From the sequence record OK040170.1: DNA of 64,000 nt; one strand, given 5' to 3'. Under the pieces are notes generated by a model. The model saw nothing but the letters and a program-made list of their open reading frames with translations. It was not told the DNA's origin and did not search any database. Each line of letters opens with the position of its first letter. The first letter of the stretch is position 1. Both the position numbers and the translations under genes were made by a program. This document shows positions 8,729 to 17,450 of this stretch, in pieces.

Positions 8729-10795
8729 ATGAGTAATTACTCCCAACAAAGTAAGGTTCTGTTAGTTAGCGTAATTAACCAGGACAAAGGTACGTTCATT
8801 TCTCCTAATGACGTATACTTCATCGGACCAACCGCTAACGATCACCCCGACTACGATACGAAAGTCACCATGGTCGCCTTGGAGGATTCACCTTATCGTG
8901 ACTCCAAGGTTATCGAGTACAACAAAGTAGAGTTCTCGGGTATCTTCTCCGTACCGCTCATCTTTACTGCCGCAGGTAATATCCTGACTACGTCTGACTT
9001 GATCAAACGTATCAACGAAGAATACGGTACTCAGTTAGATGATACCGACATCATCGTTGAACCAGTAACACCAGTGTTGCTGAGCAGTACTGTGGCAATG
9101 GTGACGGTTCGTGCTGCGCCTAACGCACTGATCATCAAAGGTCAGTTGACGGTTTACTTCTCTGACACCGCATCCATTCGTAAGTGGATTCGTAACGTAA
9201 GTACGGAGTATTCCAGTGACGGTAAAACTCTGCGTATCTCTGGCTCTAACCGCCGCGTAGATAAAAAGGTTGTCATCGGTAATGCTATCGATTATCTCCC
9301 GGCTACGAGCGCCATGGCGCTTTCTCTGGGGGCTGACGGTAAGTTCAACGAAGTAATGACTTTACCTACTCAGAGTCCGGTGAAGGTTCGCTTCCGTGAA
9401 GGTTCCCTGTTAGAAGTTGTGGGTCCGAGCGATGAGACTAGCTACGACCGTAATGGTAAGTTGCTTCGTATCTCTCCTCAGCTGCCACCGATCTTCGAAA
9501 CTATCGGGAACCTGGCACAGATCAAAGCAACGTTCGACGATAACGGACCAGACTTCAATCCGAACTATTCGATTAAAGTTAAACGGGCACGTTCTGGTGT
9601 TGTCTACTACGTTGACTCTGTAAATGGCAATGACCTGAACGGTCAGGGGACCGAACAGTCTCCGTACAAGAGCTTCAACGCAGCGATCACTCGTACTCCG
9701 CTGGCACGGACTATCGTCATCAAAGACGGTTCTTCGTTCAAGAGCGGAGAAGGCCCAAGTGCGCCAATCGAAGACCGTTCACTGGATATCGTTACTTCCG
9801 GTACGAACAAGGTCACCCTGAGTGGTGCATGTAAGGTAAGCGCGTGGACTAAGTCGCCAGGTCAAGACAACGTCTACGTTGCAACCCTGACTGATAAAGT
9901 GGGCGGTGTTGCTGACTACATCGCAGCCGGTACGTCTGGTCGAGCTACTCAGTTGACTGCCGTAGCATCTATTGCTGCTGCAGCTACAACCAAAGGTAGT
10001 TACTACCCCGAAGAAGGAAAGGTCTACGTCCATACGCTGGATGATCGTGCACCGGATAATAAGTTGGTTGTTATCTCAGCCAACCCAGTAATCAGTGTAA
10101 AAGGTAACTCACAGGTTTACCTGGAGAACCTGATCATCGTCGATAGCATCAACGGTGTTGTAGTTGAAGCGACCAGTGTTGACAAAGTTCCTAACTTCTA
10201 CGCAGTGAACTGCGAGTTTAAAAACTCAGCGGGCCGCGGTTTAAGTGGTTACGGTTCGACTGTTCAGACTGAAGGCTGTAAGTTCACGGCGAACGCCAGT
10301 AACGCAACCTACTACGATCTGGATCGTCAGTCCCCTGGTCTGGGCATCAAGTCCCGCTTCAGTGAGTCGAGTAACACCTTTGAGTGGAACGGTACTGTCG
10401 ATCCATTCACGGGCTCAACAACACTCGCTATCGCCGGTACGGTCGGTACACGTTGTAAGAACGTCTACTCCAACTGCTTCGGTCGCCCTATCCTGGATTA
10501 CGGTACAAATACCGCAACAGCCAACTACTCGTTGACTGTGGGTCAAAGTACGATTAACGATGTATTGAACGGTGCGCTGATTACTTCAGGTCACCCAGAT
10601 ACAAGTCGTTACGGTCGTGCGATGACGTTGGTGTTCTCGTCTAAACTGACTCAGCGCGATGGTGCATTTACCTTAGCGTCAATCGGTAACGGTAACATCT
10701 ACCTGTACGATACCCCGGTAGGTAAGATGGGCCAGTATGGATTGAGCGATCCGTACAAGTTCATCTACACCTCGAGCCAACGAGCTCAACAGTGA
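8729..10795 (+). CDS. Virion structural / tail-associated protein, tandem paralogue of 6667-8718
   Basis: 688 aa. Shares 'ETSYD.NG.LL', 'YYVD.V.GND', 'YVH..DDR.PD', 'VY.ENL' and C-terminal 'PY.FIYT' with 6667-8718. Confidence 0.65.
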   Translation: MSNYSQQSKVLLVSVINQDKGTFISPNDVYFIGPTANDHPDYDTKVTMVALEDSPYRDSKVIEYNKVEFSGIFSVPLIFTAAGNILTTSDLIKRINEEYGTQLDDTDIIVEPVTPVLLSSTVAMVTVRAAPNALIIKGQLTVYFSDTASIRKWIRNVSTEYSSDGKTLRISGSNRRVDKKVVIGNAIDYLPATSAMALSLGADGKFNEVMTLPTQSPVKVRFREGSLLEVVGPSDETSYDRNGKLLRISPQLPPIFETIGNLAQIKATFDDNGPDFNPNYSIKVKRARSGVVYYVDSVNGNDLNGQGTEQSPYKSFNAAITRTPLARTIVIKDGSSFKSGEGPSAPIEDRSLDIVTSGTNKVTLSGACKVSAWTKSPGQDNVYVATLTDKVGGVADYIAAGTSGRATQLTAVASIAAAATTKGSYYPEEGKVYVHTLDDRAPDNKLVVISANPVISVKGNSQVYLENLIIVDSINGVVVEATSVDKVPNFYAVNCEFKNSAGRGLSGYGSTVQTEGCKFTANASNATYYDLDRQSPGLGIKSRFSESSNTFEWNGTVDPFTGSTTLAIAGTVGTRCKNVYSNCFGRPILDYGTNTATANYSLTVGQSTINDVLNGALITSGHPDTSRYGRAMTLVFSSKLTQRDGAFTLASIGNGNIYLYDTPVGKMGQYGLSDPYKFIYTSSQRAQQ

Positions 10796-10862
10796 TTATA
10801 TGAGCGTCTGTAACATCGATGCTTCGTAAACGTTTTTGAGTTCTGATGGTTAATCCATATTG

Positions 10863-10890
10863 GGAGGAGGGCTTCGGCTCTCCTCCTTTT
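10863..10890 (+). terminator. Intrinsic terminator (UUCG tetraloop)
   Basis: GGAGGAGGGC-TTCG-GCTCTCCTCC followed by a T run. Confidence 0.8.
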
Positions 10891-10952
10891 TTTACGCCTC
10901 TTTGGAATTATTTGAAGAAGTACTCAAATTAACCCCATTGAAGGAAACACCT

Positions 10953-12095
10953 GTGAACGTAGAACTCAAACTGATCGACCCACGTTATAAATCCAGCGAG
11001 TGGGCAATCCCTGACTACAAAACCTCCGGTGCTGCAGCAATCGATGTATTGGCATGTATCGATACCGAAATCGTTATTAACCCAGGCGAAGTCAAGATGA
11101 TTCCTCTGGGTATCGCATTCCACCTGAACGACTCCGAAGTAGCAGCAATCCTGATGCCACGTTCTGGTCTGGGTTCTAAAGAAGGTGTGATCCTGGGTAA
11201 CACTCTGGGTCTGATCGACTCCGATTTCCAAGGTCAGGTACAGGCTCCTATCTGGAACCGTAACTTCGCCGATAAACAAATCCGTATCCAGCCGGGTGAT
11301 CGCATTGCTCAGCTGATGTTCGTACCGGTAGTTCACCCTACCTTTAAAGTAGTGGAAGAGTTCAGTGAAACTACTGAACGTGGTGAAGGCGGTTTCGGCT
11401 CCACTGGCGTAGCAACCAAATCGGTTGACGAAGTGATCGACGCTATCGTTGACTTTCACTCCGATGCCCTGGTAAAGAAAGGCCCGTACGCATTGAAAGA
11501 TGCAATGGCGATGCCGCGTGGTGAGCTGGCTGCTACGTTCAAGTATTTCCTGATCGAAGGCTGGGTTGGTAAGATCCAGGTAGAGTTCAAAGAGCTGATC
11601 GCGAAATACCCTGGTGTAGAAGTCCGTATGGCGTTGAAAGAACTGCCAGGTGAACATGTACAGGCTATCTACACCCGTCACTACAAAGACGCGGTAGAAT
11701 CTGCCAAGAAACCTATCTCCCCTGAACACCCACAGGCTGAACAAATCGGTAAACTGGGTTCGTACACCAATCAGGCAGTTGATCCAGCAACCATGAGTAA
11801 GGAGGAGCTGATTGACGCGATCGTTGTCAAGCACACCGTGGATCTGTACGACACCAAAAAGGACGCCGTTGTCAAGAGTGACCTGGGTGGCTACGAAGAA
11901 CTGAAACGCATTCTGGATAACACTATCCGCCAGCGTTCGATGATTTACGCCATTGCCCATTTCAAAGAGATCGTCCGTGGCTATACCGGCAACGCTGTGG
12001 AGATGTTCCTGAACACGATGGATGAACGCACCATCTACAACATCTACATTCGCCACTACGGTAAGAAACCGCTTTCTGCGACATTCGGTAGTTAA
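10953..12095 (+). CDS. dut: Trimeric dUTPase with a long C-terminal duplicated-domain extension
   Basis: GTG start after RBS AAGGA. Motifs 'AAIDV', 'PRSGLG', 'GLIDSDFQG', 'RIAQL', 'RGEGGFGSTG'. Confidence 0.92.
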   Translation: MNVELKLIDPRYKSSEWAIPDYKTSGAAAIDVLACIDTEIVINPGEVKMIPLGIAFHLNDSEVAAILMPRSGLGSKEGVILGNTLGLIDSDFQGQVQAPIWNRNFADKQIRIQPGDRIAQLMFVPVVHPTFKVVEEFSETTERGEGGFGSTGVATKSVDEVIDAIVDFHSDALVKKGPYALKDAMAMPRGELAATFKYFLIEGWVGKIQVEFKELIAKYPGVEVRMALKELPGEHVQAIYTRHYKDAVESAKKPISPEHPQAEQIGKLGSYTNQAVDPATMSKEELIDAIVVKHTVDLYDTKKDAVVKSDLGGYEELKRILDNTIRQRSMIYAIAHFKEIVRGYTGNAVEMFLNTMDERTIYNIYIRHYGKKPLSATFGS

Positions 12096-12108
12096 TAAGC
12101 GTCATAGC

Positions 12109-12132
12109 GGTGAGAGGGTAATTCCTCTCACC
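12109..12132 (+). terminator. Intrinsic terminator
   Basis: GGTGAGAGGG-TAATT-CCTCTCACC followed by TTATTTT. Confidence 0.7.
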
Positions 12133-12157
12133 TTATTTTACATCGGAAGGTATTACA

Positions 12158-12727
12158 ATGTCCCACGCTAAGTTCTTTTTAGTCAAGCCATACGGTAGAG
12201 GTTACGTAGTGACTAACGCTATGGGCTCCATTATGACAATTAACGACTTGCCTCTTTGTAGATCGTTAAATGGAAAGTTTGTTGACTCAGCGGGTTGTCC
12301 GGACTTTGTTGTACATCGCTTAATTACAGGGGCTAGGGAAGCTGCTGAGCTCTTGGAAGAGACATCGATTAACGCGATGCTTATGGAGATGGATGAAGAA
12401 GACGAAAAAAGAAAAGAGAAAGAGAAGAAGGCCTTACTTAATGATAAGAAGTACGCTACGTTCTACGCTATCTTGGCGTTGATATTCGCAGCACTTTATT
12501 TTACTTCGCCAACCACCGATGGAGCCCCAAAATGGCAGACATTATTCTCGACCCCAACCAAGACGGAATCACCCACATCAACATCTACTCCAAGTCCAGA
12601 TGTATGCTCGGGAAGTTCCTGTCCCATTTCAGCAGAACCCCTTTCGAACACCCTACTCTGGGACGGTTCGAATCCATGGAAGCACTTTGGTATTTTGCAA
12701 AGACGGGATACCAGCACGAAGAACTGA
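12158..12727 (+). CDS. Hypothetical membrane-anchored protein
   Basis: RBS GAAGG; one TM helix. The last 196 nt overlap the next gene in another frame. Confidence 0.55.
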   Translation: MSHAKFFLVKPYGRGYVVTNAMGSIMTINDLPLCRSLNGKFVDSAGCPDFVVHRLITGAREAAELLEETSINAMLMEMDEEDEKRKEKEKKALLNDKKYATFYAILALIFAALYFTSPTTDGAPKWQTLFSTPTKTESPTSTSTPSPDVCSGSSCPISAEPLSNTLLWDGSNPWKHFGILQRRDTSTKN

Positions 12728-13032
12728 GGGGACTTTGGGGTTACGAAGCCAAACGACAAGGTCAGCAGTACGCCACTGTTCATGATGACAATTTCCTCAA
12801 GGTCATTCATGAAGGGAACCGGGCTAAGATTGAAGCCTACCCTAGGCAGCTCGAAGCATTCAAAAAGAATAAGCTCCCGTTTACGCATTATTACGTATTT
12901 GGTAAAGCAACTTGGGATAACGGTGTACCTACATGGATTGGTGAGTATAAAGTTCAGGATGCTTCCAACGGCTCTGCCCTAGTCTGTTTCTGGGAAACTC
13001 TCAAGACCGAGTACGATTTCGAATCTATTTGA
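12532..13032 (+). CDS. NADAR-like protein (putative ADP-ribosyl glycohydrolase fold)
   Basis: RBS GGAG. 'LSHFSRTPFEHPTLGRFESMEALWYFAKTG' resembles the NADAR LSNF...F.S.E..y...K motif. Recognised by eye only. Confidence 0.5.
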   Translation: MADIILDPNQDGITHINIYSKSRCMLGKFLSHFSRTPFEHPTLGRFESMEALWYFAKTGYQHEELRGLWGYEAKRQGQQYATVHDDNFLKVIHEGNRAKIEAYPRQLEAFKKNKLPFTHYYVFGKATWDNGVPTWIGEYKVQDASNGSALVCFWETLKTEYDFESI

Positions 13033-13035
13033 CAG

Positions 13036-13053
13036 CTATATTACTTATTTGAA
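13036..13053 (+). promoter_or_regulatory. Early-type phage promoter
   Basis: CTATATTACTTATTTGAA contains the phiKZ early consensus TATATTAC. Confidence 0.7.
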
Positions 13054-13095
13054 TAGGATACAAATCCTAATTAACCACTTTTAAGGAATCGATAG

Positions 13096-13500
13096 ATGAA
13101 ATTAATGAAAAGTAGCTTCTCTGGTTTAGTGGCTCAAGCTCGTGCCGAATTCAATTGTCTGAATGACAACAAAGATCGAGAAGACTACCTTCATTTATTA
13201 GAAGGAAAGCTGTCTCGCTTTACTTGGTCGCATTTCGGTGAAAAGGAATTCACTAACCCAAAAAATAAAATCCGTGCTCGCCGTATTGCGTATCTGTCCA
13301 AAGTCTTCCTGTACGAGTTGGTTTTACTCGCCATTAAGAAAGATCCGAACAGAATCGCATTGGTCACTTATAGTCGCCATATTCGTCGCGATGCTAACGC
13401 CGCCTGGGTGCGTTACGAAGCCGCCATTAACACTAACCAAGGTAGTTGGTGGCAGCAGATTAAATTCTACTTCGATGCCCGTAAATTCAACAGCCTTTAA
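13096..13500 (+). CDS. Hypothetical protein
   Basis: RBS AAGGA; first gene after an early promoter. Confidence 0.7.
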   Translation: MKLMKSSFSGLVAQARAEFNCLNDNKDREDYLHLLEGKLSRFTWSHFGEKEFTNPKNKIRARRIAYLSKVFLYELVLLAIKKDPNRIALVTYSRHIRRDANAAWVRYEAAINTNQGSWWQQIKFYFDARKFNSL

Positions 13501-13515
13501 TTAGAAGGAACCGTC

Positions 13516-14001
13516 ATGATCTGTGTTAACCAATATGTCTTCAACGCTTATTACTCTTACCTGTCAGAAAACGGCGATGGCCGTGTTCACATGTTCGTTA
13601 TGAAAGAGGGGATCAATAACCCTCGTTTGTTACCGTATGTCAATAAAGACTACCTGGTACTGAACATCTCCGGCCGTGCTTGCCCCGAGATGCGCGTGGA
13701 AGCTACCGGGATCAATTTCAAGGCCAGCTTCGGCGGTGTTCCTCTGACCGACTTCCTTAGTTGGAATCATATCGCATTCATGGCTGCGCCGAATAACCCG
13801 GAGCTAGGTATTCTCCCGTTACCTCATCCGGTTCAATGGGTCGATAACGAACCCGCTACCGAGTTGGGCGCGTTGGCTAAAAGCGAAACTGTGCCGACCT
13901 CCGAGCTCAGTAAGATCAATAACTATGTCCCTATGGAGCGTAGTATCGAGCGCAAAGAGCGTCCAAATCCATTCTCTGTTATTAAAGGCGGAAAGGAATG
14001 A
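13516..14001 (+). CDS. sspB: Stringent starvation protein B-like ClpXP adaptor
   Basis: 'AYYSYLSENG...LVLNISGRA...INFKASFGGVP' plus a C-terminal 'RPNPFSVIKGG' resembling the ClpX-binding tail. Confidence 0.8.
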   Translation: MICVNQYVFNAYYSYLSENGDGRVHMFVMKEGINNPRLLPYVNKDYLVLNISGRACPEMRVEATGINFKASFGGVPLTDFLSWNHIAFMAAPNNPELGILPLPHPVQWVDNEPATELGALAKSETVPTSELSKINNYVPMERSIERKERPNPFSVIKGGKE

Positions 14002-14468
14002 AAGAACAAGTTGGACTTGAGTTCCCTACAATTGAGGAATCTCTTCAGTACTCGATTGACTTTGGTAAACGAGCCATGGAGAATAAGGAAAAGGAAAATC
14101 TGGATAAGGGGTTATGTAAATTAGCCCATCTTCCTGAAGTCTGTATCCAGCGTATAGAGTACGAAGGGTACTCCGGCGTACACCAGCGCAGAATCGTTTC
14201 CGCCGCTAACCGCTTCTATCCGGAAAATGGTGAAGTGATCGTCATTGCATCGGCTCGGCATTACGATCCGTTGATGGTTGAACACGTAGAACGTTATCGG
14301 GAGTTGGGTTTGGATCTTGGTCATGCCTATGGCGACAACCAGGGATTCATCGACCAGTTCCGTAATTACTGGACTCGTGAAGAAGCTTGGACCATCGCAT
14401 TACATGCCGGTCAGATTCTCAACCGCGTATCTAGCGAAGGCGAGCTGTTCTCCGAAAACCTTTACTAA
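13998..14468 (+). CDS. Conserved phage hypothetical protein
   Basis: ATGA overlap. 'ARH...QGFIDQF..YWTREEA..IA..AGQI...LFSENLY' pattern. Confidence 0.7.
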   Translation: MKEQVGLEFPTIEESLQYSIDFGKRAMENKEKENLDKGLCKLAHLPEVCIQRIEYEGYSGVHQRRIVSAANRFYPENGEVIVIASARHYDPLMVEHVERYRELGLDLGHAYGDNQGFIDQFRNYWTREEAWTIALHAGQILNRVSSEGELFSENLY

Positions 14469-14483
14469 TAAGGATAAACACTT

Positions 14484-14951
14484 ATGGCCAGTTTCGAAGT
14501 AAATGGCGAGGGAAATCACTTTAGTTTCGGTGACTCAGTTCTAGGACAATCTCTCGCCAGCACTTTGGGAGTCTTCGTGTTCCCCTGTGCGGAACTTAAG
14601 AACTTATCGTACGCGATCGGCGGAACCCCGGACATTATCCTTAACGACTACACGGATAAGTCCCGTAAAGCCAAAATGGTTTACAAGGTTCCAGTCGACC
14701 CTTGGTACATCGACCGCCGAGTAAAACATCTTCGTCAGGATTATTTCAACGGCCTGGCAATCCCGCTTAAGATCGCCAGCAATAAGAGCGACACCATTAA
14801 AGAAATGCGTGTCGTTCTGGAAGATAACGGCGGTAATCGCTACCCGATCATTGCGCTACAAATTCGTTTCGACGAACATGGCGTATGGCATACCCTGAAT
14901 AACTCAGAAGGTATTTCGGGTATTGTCAAGTTCGTTAAATCTCTCAACTAA
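14484..14951 (+). CDS. Hypothetical protein
   Basis: RBS AAGGA; 155 aa. Confidence 0.7.
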   Translation: MASFEVNGEGNHFSFGDSVLGQSLASTLGVFVFPCAELKNLSYAIGGTPDIILNDYTDKSRKAKMVYKVPVDPWYIDRRVKHLRQDYFNGLAIPLKIASNKSDTIKEMRVVLEDNGGNRYPIIALQIRFDEHGVWHTLNNSEGISGIVKFVKSLN

Positions 14952-14966
14952 CCCAGGAGGTTCCAA

Positions 14967-15098
14967 ATGGGGCCACTATTGGAATTAGTTTCAAAAATTG
15001 TATTCTTCTCAATTCTCGCCAATATGGTAATCGGCGGGGTACAAAAGATTTCGTCTAAGGAAAAGAAAGATGGAAAAGTTTCTGATATCGATGGGTAA
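14967..15098 (+). CDS. Small hypothetical membrane peptide (43 aa, not in the ORF track)
   Basis: Strong RBS AGGAGG; starts MGPLLELVSKIVFFSILANMVIGG. Confidence 0.5.
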   Translation: MGPLLELVSKIVFFSILANMVIGGVQKISSKEKKDGKVSDIDG

Positions 15099-15219
15099 GG
15101 CCGTCGTCATTAAAGTCGCAAGTACACTGGCCATTCGCGGTACTCACTACGTTGTTAACTGGGCATCTAAACGTAAGGTGAAGAAGAATGAGCAAAGTAC
15201 TCCTGAACTCGAGTCGTGA
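15070..15219 (+). CDS. Small basic hypothetical protein (49 aa, not in the ORF track)
   Basis: Fills the gap and overlaps both neighbours; starts MEKFLISMGKAVVIKV. Confidence 0.45.
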   Translation: MEKFLISMGKAVVIKVASTLAIRGTHYVVNWASKRKVKKNEQSTPELES

Positions 15220-15538
15220 GTTACACGTAGATACGGTACAGGCGCTGTTCATGGCAGTCGTTATGCCGCTCCTGTTTCCGTTCTACGTTGTTTTAACGGG
15301 CAACTTCTGGTTTGCCCTAGGGTTCTTCCTCGTAGCCGCTGTGTTCACGCAGGGACTCGACTATTGGGAGTTACGAAGAGCTATCCGCCGCAAACATCTG
15401 TTTAGTCCATGGTGGATTCTGGCAATCTTCTTCTACTACCTCGTCCGGGATAAGTCTGGTTTCCCGAACTTCAAGTTATTCTACATCAACGGTTTCATGG
15501 TAGCGATCTCTTTGTTCTTGGTCGCATTTATCATCTAA
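15188..15538 (+). CDS. Membrane protein (3-4 TM)
   Basis: Hydrophobic profile. Confidence 0.7.
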   Translation: MSKVLLNSSRELHVDTVQALFMAVVMPLLFPFYVVLTGNFWFALGFFLVAAVFTQGLDYWELRRAIRRKHLFSPWWILAIFFYYLVRDKSGFPNFKLFYINGFMVAISLFLVAFII

Positions 15539-15567
15539 CCAATCTTTCTGAATTAAGAGGCTTTTAA

Positions 15568-15891
15568 ATGAAAGGTGTAAAACTGATCCCTGTTCCGAAG
15601 GGCTTCAAAGGTCTGAAAACTGGTGATCGCTTTATCCTCTCCGTAGAGAACAATGGCGAATACCGCGCTTTCTTTACCGACTCTACTCGTAAAGAGTCTG
15701 ACCTGGACCTGTTGGCTATTGCCGACAACAAAACGCACGACCCATTCAACCGGAAAGGCGTTAAGTTCTCGGCGCATGAAGTCCATGCTAAAACGCAGGA
15801 CAGCATCACAATCCGTCCGGTATTGATCGGTAGCGCTGAGCCTGTTACTCAGTCTTACAAGCTCTCTCCGAAAAACCTGCTGTCAGCCTAA
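15568..15891 (+). CDS. Hypothetical protein
   Basis: RBS GAGG; biased codons. Confidence 0.7.
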   Translation: MKGVKLIPVPKGFKGLKTGDRFILSVENNGEYRAFFTDSTRKESDLDLLAIADNKTHDPFNRKGVKFSAHEVHAKTQDSITIRPVLIGSAEPVTQSYKLSPKNLLSA

Positions 15892-15904
15892 CTGGAGCTA
15901 CACG

Positions 15905-16294
15905 ATGGCTGTTAAGAAAGTCAAACACACCAGCGAAATAGCTAACTTCGCTGATATTGAGGCAGTGGCGTTCAAAACTTCCCTGGATATCCTTAAGGCG
16001 TTGAATCGCAATAAGGGCGATACTATCCTGGTTTCCAGTGAAAAGATCTTCATCGAAGTTAAGGCCTTCATTAGCTCTTGTACGGGCTGCGAAGAAATGA
16101 TGAAGCGTCTGATCCACGTGGCACTTGGAACGATACCTCTCGCCTTAGAGGAACGTTTATGCGGTATCCGTGGTAGTAACATGTACGTTGTCATGGAACA
16201 GAAGCGTTTCGCTACCTTCCATCCGGTAATTTGGAAATACGCTGATTTGCCGAAAATCAATAGCCACATTTCAGTTTACCGTATCCAGGAGTAA
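15905..16294 (+). CDS. Hypothetical protein
   Basis: RBS GGAG. Confidence 0.7.
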   Translation: MAVKKVKHTSEIANFADIEAVAFKTSLDILKALNRNKGDTILVSSEKIFIEVKAFISSCTGCEEMMKRLIHVALGTIPLALEERLCGIRGSNMYVVMEQKRFATFHPVIWKYADLPKINSHISVYRIQE

Positions 16295-16298
16295 TCCG

Positions 16299-16538
16299 AT
16301 GGGTCTGAAAGTTATTACCAAGGAAGAAGAGGAACAACGTATCCTCGAAACCGCTCATGAACTCATTGATGGCACTAGTGAGTGGATCAACTACCTTGAC
16401 GGCGACAGCACGCAAGTTCAGTTGGACGGGTATTTCAATCTGGAAGAACTGGAAGCTATCTGTGCTGTCAAACGTAAAGCGCTGGGTGCAGAAGCTACTG
16501 GTCTGAAGGAAGCAGTTGATCTCAAGTACAATTCGTAA
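16299..16538 (+). CDS. Hypothetical protein
   Basis: RBS AGGAG; terminator follows. Confidence 0.7.
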   Translation: MGLKVITKEEEEQRILETAHELIDGTSEWINYLDGDSTQVQLDGYFNLEELEAICAVKRKALGAEATGLKEAVDLKYNS

Positions 16539-16543
16539 ACACA

Positions 16544-16569
16544 GGCGAGAGGGTTAATTCCCTCTCGCT
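16544..16569 (+). terminator. Intrinsic terminator
   Basis: GCGAGAGGG-TTAATT-CCCTCTCGC followed by TTATTTT. Confidence 0.7.
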
Positions 16570-16620
16570 TATTTTACGCTCTAGTGATTTCTTTTTGATT
16601 AAAGTAAGGGGAGTTGAAGA

Positions 16621-16971
16621 ATGAAAACTACTGATGTAACTAAGATTGAAGATGGACTGATGTCTGTAAAGGAAGGGGATCGTATCCTGCTCGCTATGGA
16701 TAACAAAGAAGAAGACCAAGAGAATTGGTTGTTCGTCTACAATCCAGGCTCAGGCTGCACTAGTAATCGCGAAGTCTACGCAGCTGCAATTGCATTCAAC
16801 GACAAAATAAAACCATTGGAGCCTACTTCCATTGTCGTTCCCGTTTATATCTCCTGGGCTGATGAAAGCTACGTCCAGGGGATGCTCATTAGTCACGACG
16901 GTTCTATCGTTGCACCTATTCGTTTCCATCGCAGCGTAGATCGCGTCCTCATTGATCGGAGTACCCAGTAA
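16621..16971 (+). CDS. Hypothetical protein
   Basis: RBS GGGGAG. Confidence 0.7.
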   Translation: MKTTDVTKIEDGLMSVKEGDRILLAMDNKEEDQENWLFVYNPGSGCTSNREVYAAAIAFNDKIKPLEPTSIVVPVYISWADESYVQGMLISHDGSIVAPIRFHRSVDRVLIDRSTQ

Positions 16972-17450
16972 TGAAAGGTTTGAAACATCACGAATATTCT
17001 CTGGCGATTGAACGTTTCCGTAAGTGGAAGAAAGAGGGGTTTAAAGGTGCTGACGCCGGGTTACCGGAACTACTGGAAGAGCTTAATAACATCCCTCAGG
17101 TAATTCCGTTGTGGTCATGCATCGGCCACCCTGACCGCCCAGGGAGTCAGCCCTACATTACCTTTGGCGTGAAGAACGGAGATGCACCTGGTCGATACGC
17201 CGATGAGATCATGGACGAGATCTTCGTCTCTGGTATTCTCAAGTTCGAATACGGTCTGATGGTGGCTCCTTGGCATGAGGATGAAGATTACATCATGACT
17301 GAAGATATGTTGGAGTTCACCATCCCAACCTTCACCATTCGCGGTACTGTAATGGGCAATGATGTTGAACAGAACAAAATGGCGAAAGAGCTGTTTATCT
17401 CCAACATCCAATCTATCATCATGAAGTTAGAGGCGTATACTGGATCATGA
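16971..17450 (+). CDS. TYW3-like (tRNA methyltransferase fold) protein
   Basis: 'LLEELNNIPQVIPLWSCIGHP' resembles the TYW3-family T-x-x-S-C-x-G-(R/H) motif. Confidence 0.4.
   Translation: MKGLKHHEYSLAIERFRKWKKEGFKGADAGLPELLEELNNIPQVIPLWSCIGHPDRPGSQPYITFGVKNGDAPGRYADEIMDEIFVSGILKFEYGLMVAPWHEDEDYIMTEDMLEFTIPTFTIRGTVMGNDVEQNKMAKELFISNIQSIIMKLEAYTGS

Noticed and set aside
10860-10952. Track-extended 5' ends (also 32671, 45010, 51341, 61960, 61012, 49008, 49643, 4120)
   Set aside because: Most extensions cross terminators or promoters or overlap the upstream gene. In most cases a downstream start has a good RBS.
10929-12056. 375-aa antisense ORF over dut, and similar long antisense ORFs (473-1450, 4613-5077, 6943-7458, 31321-32094, 52543-53049, 54540-55295, 56214-57092)
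   Set aside because: These are shadows of strongly codon-biased sense genes. They have no RBS or recognisable motifs, and the opposite strand carries the clear gene.
12665-12675. GGTTCGAATCC, a tRNA T-arm-like sequence
   Set aside because: It lies inside coding sequence (GRFESM), and no acceptor, D or anticodon arms can be built around it.
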